NCBI GenBank assembly: GCA_002429485.1
Contig: DIZX01000015.1
Coordinates: 187,073 to 251,072, forward strand
Length of the DNA stretch: 64,000 nucleotides
Reading direction: 5' to 3'
From: Patescibacteria group bacterium UBA6017
GTDB lineage: Bacteria; Patescibacteriota; Saccharimonadia; UBA4664
Shown here: in pieces, positions 56,065 to 64,000 of the stretch
Layout of the letters: each line of letters starts with the position of its first letter
Position numbering within the stretch: the stretch's first letter is position 1
Program-made: the position numbers and the translations under genes
The notes under the pieces: model-generated
What the model was told of the DNA's origin: nothing
The model's database searches: none
What the model saw: the letters and a program-made list of their open reading frames with translations, nothing else

Positions 56065-58547
56065 TGGCTACTGGTTTTAAATCTTACCGGACTAAACCTA
56101 CCGACGGTTCTGACGAACCTATAAGCAACAGTCCGCAGATGAATGACGACAACCTAACAAATGGTCCGATAGTCCCAGCCCAGCCCGACGGCGCCCCTCT
56201 CACCCCCCACGAGCAAGCCACCATTGATCAAATGGAGGCCGGTTTTGACACCGACAGCATCCCGGAGCCAGAGCAGCCAGCACAGTCCGGCTCCGAGCCG
56301 GCTTCTTCGGCCGGCCAACCCTCGGGCCAATCCGCAGCCAACCACGCTCCTCGCTCCGATGCCAAGGCCCAGCCCGACGCCAACCCGGAAAATACCGACA
56401 CCCCTAGCGCGGAAGATAAGAAACAAGCCGCCGAAGATGAGGCTGCCGACGAAAAAAAGTCCATGGCCAAACAAGCCTCCAAGGATACCGCCAGGCGAAC
56501 CGCCCTCTACGCCGGCGCCGAAATCGGTAAAGAGATCGTCAAAGACGCCGCCAAGGATGTTGCGCATGGAGCGGCCCAAAACGCCGCCAAACATGAAGCC
56601 AAAAAAGTCACGGGCGCCATGATCAAGGGCGCCGCTAAATCCGGTGTCAAAAAGGCCGCCAAGAAAACTCTCAAGCGGGCGATCTTCAAGTACATTTTTG
56701 GGTTTGGCATCCCCACGCTCGGCATTATCGGGATTCTCTTCTTCCTCCTCTTATTCAAGAGCGTCCACATCCGCAATATCTATATCGATTACGAATTCGC
56801 CAAATTCGACCGCGCCTTTAGCCGCCGCCTCCAAAAGGCCGCCAAAGAAGCTCAAGCCAAGGGCACGCCCACGACCGAAGTCGCCGCCGATGCCACCCCC
56901 GAGGAACAGCTCAAAGGCGCCAACAAGGATGCCATCGATCAGATCAAAAATGATCCGGCGGCGATGGAAAAAGAAGCTAAGGCCGGCACCGATTTTGAGC
57001 AAACCAAGGCCGGCGTCGGTGGCGAGACGGATCTAGAATTCGGCATTAAACGCAGCGTGGCTCCGGAGGACGAAACCGACCCCAGGAAAGCTCAAACCGC
57101 CGTGGAAACTGAAATTAAAGACGAAATCAGGGGTCCCAAAGGTACTACAGGTGATCCGGGGCCGTTGAAAAATGCCGTCGACGAAGCCAACAAGCAAGCC
57201 GACGCGGGAGCTACCCCCGAAGAGATCAGGGCCGGCGCCATTAAAAACGTCGGCAGCCTGCTGTCGGGTGTCACCGGTAAGGCCGCCGCCGCCCTTTTCA
57301 TCGCCACCATGGGCTGTATTGCCCGCGATATCTATGTCACAAGCGTCGACTTATTTTCCCAAATTAAACTCAGCGCTTTGGCTCGTACTGCCGCCTCCAT
57401 CGCCAAGCACGCCGACTGCCATCGCGAAGTCGACAACCATTGCGGCCTCGCCAGTGAAGCGGCCGTTTCCCAGATGTTCGATTCCGCCACCGAATCATTC
57501 ATCAATACTGCCGGCTACCAACGCGCCACCAACCAACCCGTCAGCTACGCCAAGTCCAACCGTGACCTCGATCCGGCCATGGAACCAGTAAATCATGGTA
57601 CCGGGCTCGCCGGCGAGCTTATGGGTATCATCAATAGCGTCAATAGCGTCGCCAACTTTCCCGGCCTAGGCTCGGTCTGCACCATAGTGCTAACCCCGGC
57701 CTTCCAGATCACCGCCACCATCTCCCTCGTCCTCGCCCAGGTCGCCCTGGCCATTAGTGGTGTTGCCGACTTTGGCCTCAGCGATGTTGTTCTAGCTGCC
57801 GTTACTACTGCAGCCCAAATCCTCGCCACCAAGGCGGGCACTGCCCTCGCCGTCGATGCCGTCCTTCATTATTCGGGCCTCATTTTCCGCGGCCCCTTCA
57901 CGCCCACCCAAATGGGCAACATGATGGATGCCGGCTCCAAGGTCATGAGCTCCGACGCCTGCATGCGCAGCGGCTGCCACCAGCTCACCCCCGCCCAAAA
58001 CCAGCAGCTCTCCGACTCCATCCACCACGACCAGGTCGAGTACGCCCAGCGCCAAGGCATAGCCTACCGCCTCTTCAGCCCCGAAAACCCCAACTCGGTC
58101 CTTGGTCTCGTCGCCGACCGTGTTCCTTCCCACGTCGGCAGCGCCGTCACCATGGTCCAAACCGCCATCATCAACAACGCCGTACCCGGCCGATGGCTCA
58201 AGATGCTTGGCCAGCTGGCCGCTGCCAGCCCCACCACGGCCTATGCCGCCACGGCCGAATACCAAACCTACAACCTGCCGGATTGGGGCGTCCCGGACAG
58301 CGAAGCTGACAAATACGGCGTTATCGAAAACAGCCGCTGGGTAGAGGCCAATATCGATGCCGCTACCAAGACCAAATTCGAAGACTGCTTCAATACCCCG
58401 ATGAACAAAATGCTTACCAAACCCGGACTGACTGACCTTGCCTTCTGCAACGACATTACCGAACCTATTACTCGCTACCGCATCTTCAAGCTCGATCAGC
58501 GCGCCTCCCACGCCCTTGTAGTTCTCAATAATAATCAGGCCAAATAA
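56064..58547 (+). CDS. T4SS-embedded membrane protein of unknown function (827 aa)
   Basis: An about 200-aa disordered Pro/Gln/Ala/Lys-rich N-terminal region, a TM helix (IFGFGIPTLGIIGILFFLLLF), then a large Cys-containing domain with further hydrophobic segments. TAATG overlap with the VirB4 gene. Confidence 0.5.
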   Translation: MATGFKSYRTKPTDGSDEPISNSPQMNDDNLTNGPIVPAQPDGAPLTPHEQATIDQMEAGFDTDSIPEPEQPAQSGSEPASSAGQPSGQSAANHAPRSDAKAQPDANPENTDTPSAEDKKQAAEDEAADEKKSMAKQASKDTARRTALYAGAEIGKEIVKDAAKDVAHGAAQNAAKHEAKKVTGAMIKGAAKSGVKKAAKKTLKRAIFKYIFGFGIPTLGIIGILFFLLLFKSVHIRNIYIDYEFAKFDRAFSRRLQKAAKEAQAKGTPTTEVAADATPEEQLKGANKDAIDQIKNDPAAMEKEAKAGTDFEQTKAGVGGETDLEFGIKRSVAPEDETDPRKAQTAVETEIKDEIRGPKGTTGDPGPLKNAVDEANKQADAGATPEEIRAGAIKNVGSLLSGVTGKAAAALFIATMGCIARDIYVTSVDLFSQIKLSALARTAASIAKHADCHREVDNHCGLASEAAVSQMFDSATESFINTAGYQRATNQPVSYAKSNRDLDPAMEPVNHGTGLAGELMGIINSVNSVANFPGLGSVCTIVLTPAFQITATISLVLAQVALAISGVADFGLSDVVLAAVTTAAQILATKAGTALAVDAVLHYSGLIFRGPFTPTQMGNMMDAGSKVMSSDACMRSGCHQLTPAQNQQLSDSIHHDQVEYAQRQGIAYRLFSPENPNSVLGLVADRVPSHVGSAVTMVQTAIINNAVPGRWLKMLGQLAAASPTTAYAATAEYQTYNLPDWGVPDSEADKYGVIENSRWVEANIDAATKTKFEDCFNTPMNKMLTKPGLTDLAFCNDITEPITRYRIFKLDQRASHALVVLNNNQAK

Positions 58548-58549
58548 CA

Positions 58550-59842
58550 ATGCGACGCTTACTACTCATCCTTTCCCTCGCCCTTGTTCCGTTTCAGGCG
58601 CTAGCCGTCACGCCCGCCACCAGCCATATCCTCAACTATCAATCTACCTTCTACGACCCCGCCGACACTGGCCAAACTTGCGGCAGCCCCACGAGCGGTG
58701 GCGCTCCCGCTGGCAGCGGCAACCCCAGCGGTACGCAAGTTCAACACGCTCAATCCATCATCGGTATTGCGAAAACCTTAAACATGGGCAAGCAAGGCGC
58801 TCTCATTGGGCTTATGGTTGCCCTAGCCGAATCCAGTCTTCAAAATTACGCCAATGACGGCTCATTTCAACCCAGCTATGCACCTTTAAAGGCAATTTCT
58901 GAAGCCCTTCCGCACGACGCCGTCGGCAGAGATCATGACTCCGTCGGCTTGTTTCAGCAGCGCGCGGTTGATGGCAGCTGGGGGCCAGTGAGCCCCTCCA
59001 AGGACCTGGCCGGAAACGTTAAATGGCTCATGACCCCAACCTATTCCGCCGAGGCCTTCTTTGCCATGCCGGCCGGGAAAGGTGACACCAAAGCCCTGAC
59101 GAACGTCTCTGGGTGGCAGACCATGGACCCTGCAGTCGCTGCCCAAAAAGTCCAGGCGTCAGGCGACCCTAGTGGCGGCAACTACCGACGTCAGCAGTCC
59201 GCCGCCGAAGCCCTATTAACTAAATACTATGACTCTTCGCCCGCCATAGCGCTCCCAGTACCATTGGCTAAGGGTGGCGGCGGTGGCGGTGGCGGCAACG
59301 GGGGATCGAGCGGAGGGACTGCGAACAGCTCATGCCCCGATACCTCAGCTCCTACCACCGGAGGCCCGATCTCGGGCTGCACCAACCCCATCACCGATCA
59401 TCGCTGGCAGCCCGCCCGAACAGATCAGGGCGTCGACTACGTCGAGAACGCCAACATCCCCGTCCGTGCCATCTGCGACGGCACCATAGTGGAAACCGAT
59501 GGCGGCGGCTGGCCGGGCGGATACTTTGTAATCATAAAAATGTCGGCCGGCCCTTACATAGGAAAATGCACCTTTGTTGCCGAACATCTCAGTAATGTAT
59601 TGCCCAAGGGCACAAAAGTGAAAGCCGGACAACAAATTGCCACCACCCTGCCGGGTTACCCCTGGACTGAATGGGGCTGGGCCGCCGGACCTCAGACCCC
59701 TAGCACGACGTATAATGGCGCCGCAGATGGGTCCTCTATGCCGGGAGGAAAAGCCTTTGCCCGTTTCCTCCGCCACCTCGGAGCCAAAACCCAACAAGAC
59801 CCCGGTCCTGGCCCCGAATACGCCGGCAGCAATTGTAATTAA
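58550..59842 (+). CDS. secreted two-domain cell-wall hydrolase (SLT/lysozyme-like N-domain, poly-Gly linker, M23/LytM-like C-domain); functional analogue of VirB1/PrgK/TcpG
   Basis: Signal peptide; ALAESSLQNYANDG...DHDSVGLFQQR (E-S...GLxQ transglycosylase-like); G8-NGGSSGG linker; C-domain DQGVDYV...GKCTFVAEHLSNV...KAGQQIATT (M23-like, but the canonical HxH is not obvious). Confidence 0.6.
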   Translation: MRRLLLILSLALVPFQALAVTPATSHILNYQSTFYDPADTGQTCGSPTSGGAPAGSGNPSGTQVQHAQSIIGIAKTLNMGKQGALIGLMVALAESSLQNYANDGSFQPSYAPLKAISEALPHDAVGRDHDSVGLFQQRAVDGSWGPVSPSKDLAGNVKWLMTPTYSAEAFFAMPAGKGDTKALTNVSGWQTMDPAVAAQKVQASGDPSGGNYRRQQSAAEALLTKYYDSSPAIALPVPLAKGGGGGGGGNGGSSGGTANSSCPDTSAPTTGGPISGCTNPITDHRWQPARTDQGVDYVENANIPVRAICDGTIVETDGGGWPGGYFVIIKMSAGPYIGKCTFVAEHLSNVLPKGTKVKAGQQIATTLPGYPWTEWGWAAGPQTPSTTYNGAADGSSMPGGKAFARFLRHLGAKTQQDPGPGPEYAGSNCN

Positions 59843-59879
59843 CGTTTACTAATTTTCATTACGGAAAGGCCACAACACC

Positions 59880-60554
59880 ATGAATCCAGACTTCCCAGAC
59901 CAAACCAGCCCAGATCCAATGAAGCCAGCTTCAAGCCGCAAAAAAATAATCATCCTTGTAGCCCTCGGGGTAATCTGTCTAATCGGCCTATTAACCTTCA
60001 CGCAAAATCGATCCAAAAAAGTCTCTCAAACCTCGACAAGCCCACAACCGTCCAGCGTCGCTCACGCCACCTCCACCCCGCTTCCCGACCCTCATCCCGC
60101 TCGAGACGTTATTGCCTTAGTCACCAACTACGTACAAGCCCGAGAGAATTCCGTAGGAGCAGATCAGGCGACTCCGAATTCCTGGCTGGCCTCGGTTAAA
60201 CCAATTTCAACAACGGCCTGGTTTGCCGAGCTCCAACCCGGACAAAAAGGATCCGCCGGAAGCGCAACTGCCGAATTTAACCTGGCACACAACAACGACT
60301 ACATTGTCTCGGCCAATCTTAGTAAATGTATCTGGAATTTTAAGCTCGGCCTTCCCACCCCCAACGCCGGCGATATCTATTGCGAGCTCACCGACAGCAC
60401 CCTCTCCCGTTCCACGCAAGCCGTCATACCCGACGAGTCCCTACCGTTTGGCTGGAGCCACAACGGCGCACAAGCAGCGGTAACCCTCAAATTAATCAAA
60501 CAAAATGGCACTTGGCTCATCAACGACGACACTAGTGGCGCCGATCAGGATTAA
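59880..60554 (+). CDS. bitopic membrane protein, possible VirB8/PrgL-like (NTF2-fold) T4SS component
   Basis: Short cytoplasmic N-terminus, one TM helix, Ser/Pro linker, and an about 150-aa C-terminal domain. Both its position (last gene, after the hydrolase) and its topology match PrgL/TcpC. No sequence motif was recognised. Confidence 0.35.
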   Translation: MNPDFPDQTSPDPMKPASSRKKIIILVALGVICLIGLLTFTQNRSKKVSQTSTSPQPSSVAHATSTPLPDPHPARDVIALVTNYVQARENSVGADQATPNSWLASVKPISTTAWFAELQPGQKGSAGSATAEFNLAHNNDYIVSANLSKCIWNFKLGLPTPNAGDIYCELTDSTLSRSTQAVIPDESLPFGWSHNGAQAAVTLKLIKQNGTWLINDDTSGADQD

Positions 60555-60558
60555 CTTT

Positions 60559-60834
60559 CTACCCTCGCAGCTGTCCGATACTGATTGCCAGCCGCTTCGG
60601 CCGCTCACCAGCCAAATTCTCTACAAGGTTTAGCAGTTCCACCTGCCGCATCCGCAGCTCTCCCGCCACCCCCGCGCTGGGCGTCTCCAGCCGCAGTGTT
60701 CCCTGGTGCAGCTGCCGGGCCCGCACCTTCTGTGGGTACCAGTCGTCCAACACCTTTTGGATCCCCACCAGCACATCCTCACGGTCCATCCCCAGCTTCG
60801 CCCTCAAGCGTGCAAAATAATCCGGCTCAAGCAT
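60559..60834 (-). CDS. DUF721 (DciA-like) protein
   Basis: About 92 aa; LVGIQKVLDDWYPQKVRARQL...LRLETPSAGVAGELRMRQVELLNLVENLAGERPKRLAISIG. It overlaps recF (ATGCTTGA). The tracked ORF extends to 60897. Confidence 0.55.
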   Translation of the reverse strand: MLEPDYFARLRAKLGMDREDVLVGIQKVLDDWYPQKVRARQLHQGTLRLETPSAGVAGELRMRQVELLNLVENLAGERPKRLAISIGQLRG

Positions 60835-61894
60835 GTGCTGCCTCCGTAGAAATAATTTTGTGAGCGGTCTTAAACTCCCGTGCGATAGCGTCAGCATCGG
60901 TCGTCGTCACCATCGTCTGATAACCTTCCAGCCGGTTGAGCAGGTACCCGCGCCGATATTTATCGAGCTCGCTAAACACATCGTCGAGCAATAGTAGGGG
61001 ACGCACCCCCGTGTGCTCCTCGGCATACCCCAGCTCCGCCAGCTTCATCGCCAGCACCAACGTGCGAGTCTCACCCCGTGAGGCCACCTTGGTAATGTCA
61101 TTATTTTTAAAGTAAATCCGAAAATCTTCCCGGTGTGGCCCAATCGTGGTAAATCCCGCCCCCAAATCCCGCGTGAGATTACGCGCCAATGCCTCCAGAA
61201 ATTCATCTTCATACACCCCCTGAACGCTTGGAATATACTCAAACCCCACCTCCACCGTCTCACCTGCAATATCCCGGTAGAGCAGGGGAGTGGCCCCCGA
61301 CAGTACCCGCAGCAGCTCTTGACGCTGACGGTATATTTCCACCGCCAATTCAGCCAACTTAATGTCCCAGGTAAATATTTGCTGCCGAATCCGCTCCATG
61401 TCGAAACCGTCCAGCAATGCGTTGCGTTGCTTCAGTACCCGCCGGTATTGCTGCAAAGTCGTCAAATAAGTCCGATCCGTTTGACTCAATAAAAAGTCCA
61501 GATACCGCCGCCGGGCCTCGGGCGCGCCCGCTACCAACTCCAAGTCGGTCGGTTCAAACAGTGTCACCTGGATCTGGCCTACGTGCCCCACCAGAGTACG
61601 TTTCACCCCGTCGTGAGTAATCTTTTTTTCAGTTGTTTCGCCGGCCGCGTAGCCAATCGCATACTCCGTGACGTCGGTATGAGCCACCACCCGAAAATGA
61701 TCCTGCCCGTGCCGCACCAGATCACGGTCCTTGGCTCGAAAGCTCTTCGTCGAGGCCAGCACGTACAAACTCTCCAGTAAATTGGTCTTGCCGCTGGCAT
61801 TCGGGCCCACCACTAACGTCACATCCGGATGCAGCTCAAACTGAGCCGTGTCGTACGAGCGAAAATTTGTCAGCTCCAAGCTCTGTATCCTCAT
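60827..61894 (-). CDS. recF: DNA replication and repair protein RecF
   Basis: MRIQSLELTNFRSYD...VGPNASGKTNLLESL (Walker A) and a C-terminal signature and Walker B region. Confidence 0.95.
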   Translation of the reverse strand: MRIQSLELTNFRSYDTAQFELHPDVTLVVGPNASGKTNLLESLYVLASTKSFRAKDRDLVRHGQDHFRVVAHTDVTEYAIGYAAGETTEKKITHDGVKRTLVGHVGQIQVTLFEPTDLELVAGAPEARRRYLDFLLSQTDRTYLTTLQQYRRVLKQRNALLDGFDMERIRQQIFTWDIKLAELAVEIYRQRQELLRVLSGATPLLYRDIAGETVEVGFEYIPSVQGVYEDEFLEALARNLTRDLGAGFTTIGPHREDFRIYFKNNDITKVASRGETRTLVLAMKLAELGYAEEHTGVRPLLLLDDVFSELDKYRRGYLLNRLEGYQTMVTTTDADAIAREFKTAHKIISTEAAHA

Positions 61895-62054
61895 AGACTC
61901 ATTGTATCTGATTCAGATTTGTTTACCTCCCCAAGCATAACCTTGACAGAATTGTACATTTAAACTATTATATAACTTGAACGAGCGTGCGCCGGTACGC
62001 CATTCGTTATCTCACCCGAGATTGACAACCCAGTTCCCATTGGAGGGAAGAATC

Positions 62055-62672
62055 ATGACGCTCAGGTCGTTTTTTCGCACTCTGAAGCTTGTTGCAGCGA
62101 TCGGCGTCATCGCGACGCTAGCTGCTGCTTGTGCATCAGGTACCACCAAGTCTGTCGCGCCCTCACCGGCGCGATCAACTTCGGCTGCATCCGCCGAACC
62201 AGCTGCGTCGATTCCCAACCTCGCCCAGCTCCCGACGGATCGCGAGTGCCGCTTCATCTCCCAAGATGATGCAGCCAAGGCCCTCGGATACAACCCAGGA
62301 CTCCCGCACATCGACAAGTCTGGGGTCATCTCAGGCACCGCCAAACGGTGTGCGTTCGGGTCTCCGGCGTACTTCAACCCCAGGCCGTACCTCGACATCA
62401 GCTTCATGAAGTTCGCCTCACCGATGGTTGCCAACCTGACCCTCGGCCTGATTCGCGAAAATCTGATCGCGACCTACGTTCCCGGTACCGTCAAAGATGT
62501 CGCAATCGGAGATTCCTCCGTGTACATGCCCTTCACCGATGGTGGTACCAGCTACGTCTCCAGCCACGGCATGATCGTCATGATCCTGTACTACCGACGC
62601 GGCACTACCGCCGAAGGTAACAAGACCGTGCTCAACGACCTCGCACGAGCGGTGGTACGCCATCTCTCATAG
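62055..62672 (+). CDS. lipoprotein (DUF3558-like, Actinobacteria-type)
   Basis: GGAGGG lies 6 nt before ATG 62055. Signal peptide plus lipobox LAAAC-ASG, two conserved-looking Cys (DRECRF, AKRCAF). Clearly GC-richer than the flanking genes. The tracked ORF starts earlier at 61977. Confidence 0.6.
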   Translation: MTLRSFFRTLKLVAAIGVIATLAAACASGTTKSVAPSPARSTSAASAEPAASIPNLAQLPTDRECRFISQDDAAKALGYNPGLPHIDKSGVISGTAKRCAFGSPAYFNPRPYLDISFMKFASPMVANLTLGLIRENLIATYVPGTVKDVAIGDSSVYMPFTDGGTSYVSSHGMIVMILYYRRGTTAEGNKTVLNDLARAVVRHLS

Positions 62673-62775
62673 CTCCAACTACGCCCCCGACGGGGCCCCC
62701 ACCCATCACAAGAAAGTGAGGCCACGTCGGGGGCCTCACCATGTCAACGCAATTATTTCGAATATTTAGTGGGTT

Positions 62776-63885
62776 TTAAGTCCGCAACGGCATCACAATG
62801 TGAAGATAATCATCCGTCGCATTTTCACCGGCCGGCGATATCACGCACGGGCTCAGCTTGCCGCTGATTGCCACCGTCACCATCGGGCTCTTCACCGCCG
62901 CCAACGCGTCCGTGAGGTATCGGGCATTCAGCGAAATTTCGCCGTCCTCACCATTAACTTCACATTCGGCCGACGACTTATTGCCGCCCACCTCGGAATC
63001 ATTCGACACCACACTCACTTCGCCCTCAGATTTGATTTCCAACCGAATACTGCCGGCGCTTTCCCTGGCAAATAAACTTGCCACCTTGGTAATTCGTGCC
63101 AGCTCTGCCGTGGCAATATCGAACGATGTCTCGGCGCTCTCGGGGATAATTCTCCGGTAAGGGGGAAACTGCCCCTCGATCAATCTCGACACTACCTCGA
63201 CGTCAGCGATTCTAAACATCACCTGGTTCTCATCCACGTAAACTTCCACGTCACCCTCTGCGTCGCCTAGAAGCTTCACCAGCTCTTGCATCGTGCGAGC
63301 TGGCACGAGGACTGAAAACTCCTTAGGAGCACCCTGGGGCAGCTCTATGCGCTTCTCAGCTAAGCGGTAAGAGTCGGTTGCCACAATAAACAATGATTCA
63401 TCTTCGATATACATATACACCCCGGCCAATACCGGCCTGGCCTCGTCCGCCGATGCCGCCACCACTACCTGGGCCAGCGCATCCCGAAATATCACCGCAT
63501 CCAGTGTCAGCGCGGGGTCGCTCGTGAGTGTCGGGATCAAGGGAAACTCTTCCGCCGAGATCCCGTTGATCTTCGACTCGTAATGAGGGCTCTTGACCGT
63601 CAATACGCTATCCAGCCCATGCAACTCAATATTGCCGTGGGGGAGACTTGATACAAACTCCGCGAATAGGCGAGCAGGCACGGTCAATGATCCCTGCTCC
63701 TCCACCTTCGAACCAATCCAATAATTAATCCCGATCTCGAGATTGGTCGCCGACAATCTCAATCGATTGCCGTCAGTAGCCAATAAAACATTCGCGAGTA
63801 CCGGTAGGCTAGCTCTGGTTGACACTACCCGACCAACGCTGGCGAGAGCTCGAGAGAGATTCTCCTGGGTTAAACTGAGTCTCAA
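62776..63885 (-). CDS. dnaN: DNA polymerase III beta sliding clamp
   Basis: MRLSLTQENLSRALASVGRVVSTRASLPVLANVLLATDGNRLRLSATNLEIGI...; 369 aa. An AT-rich region lies upstream (63886-64000). Confidence 0.95.
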   Translation of the reverse strand: MRLSLTQENLSRALASVGRVVSTRASLPVLANVLLATDGNRLRLSATNLEIGINYWIGSKVEEQGSLTVPARLFAEFVSSLPHGNIELHGLDSVLTVKSPHYESKINGISAEEFPLIPTLTSDPALTLDAVIFRDALAQVVVAASADEARPVLAGVYMYIEDESLFIVATDSYRLAEKRIELPQGAPKEFSVLVPARTMQELVKLLGDAEGDVEVYVDENQVMFRIADVEVVSRLIEGQFPPYRRIIPESAETSFDIATAELARITKVASLFARESAGSIRLEIKSEGEVSVVSNDSEVGGNKSSAECEVNGEDGEISLNARYLTDALAAVKSPMVTVAISGKLSPCVISPAGENATDDYLHIVMPLRT

Positions 63886-64000
63886 AACTTTTCCTCCCCT
63901 TACGAGCTTTTCTTCATTATACAGATATTAATTAAAAGTAATCGTAGTAATCATAAGGGCTGTGGAAGATGGGTATAAGTCAGTTTATGGCTTACTGCTG

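Noticed and set aside
57792-58550. 252-aa minus-strand ORF
   Set aside because: It is antisense to the 827-aa T4SS gene, with Gly/Ala/Val low-complexity typical of reverse-frame translation.
59268-59312. GGTGGCGGCGGTGGCGGTGGCGGCAACGGGGGA tandem-like DNA repeat
   Set aside because: It encodes the poly-Gly interdomain linker of the hydrolase. It is not a CRISPR, VNTR or regulatory repeat.
63886-64000. Possible oriC or DnaA-box cluster upstream of dnaN
   Set aside because: There is only one weak 7-of-9 DnaA-box-like match (TGTGGAAGA), and the region is truncated by the window edge. It is mentioned as context but not called.

Overview
This is a gene-dense window (about 57 percent GC, both strands coding, many overlapping stop/start junctions) from a compact, Gram-positive-type bacterial chromosome. 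The gene content is consistent with a Saccharibacteria/CPR-like or similar small-genome lineage, but that assignment is inference only. No tools were run, so every coordinate, motif and family call below comes from reading the sequence and the ORF track by eye.

Housekeeping genes recognised: purF (5' part only, running off the left edge), rpoD, dnaG, msrB, groES-groEL preceded by a perfect CIRCE operator, two tandem phosphohexomutases, prephenate dehydratase and prephenate dehydrogenase, a MurE-like Mur ligase, two FemAB-family transferases, xth, tsaD/tsaC, ridA-ilvA, a ROK kinase, valS, comFC, an Hsp20, recF, a DUF721/DciA-like gene and dnaN. The dnaN end places the window next to the replication origin. 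Five tRNAs are present: a complete serine isoacceptor set (GGA, CGA, TGA, GCT) plus one tRNA-Arg.

The most interesting feature is a roughly 14.6 kb type IV secretion-like locus (45939-60554). On the minus strand it has an operon of five paralogous VirB2/TrbC-like pilin candidates. Divergently on the plus strand it has a 1513-aa VirB6/TrbL-like protein with a very long Ala-rich tail, a PrgI/VirB3-like protein, a VirB4 ATPase split into two translationally coupled ORFs, an 827-aa unknown membrane protein, a two-domain secreted cell-wall hydrolase and a possible VirB8/PrgL-like protein. The gene order resembles Gram-positive conjugative T4SSs (prgH-I-J-K-L), but no coupling protein or relaxase is visible. 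Both divergent transcripts appear to start from mirrored, possibly leaderless, GTACAATA -10 elements.

Other notable points: a candidate about 85-nt sRNA with a consensus promoter and terminator beside tRNA-Ser(GGA); a higher-GC Actinobacteria-like islet (PurM-like, SPFH); a GC-rich lipoprotein gene inserted between recF and dnaN; att-like direct repeats of tRNA-Ser 3' ends; a lower-GC islet of hypothetical proteins between the tRNA cluster and comFC; and a small Cys-rich ORF followed by a strong hairpin.
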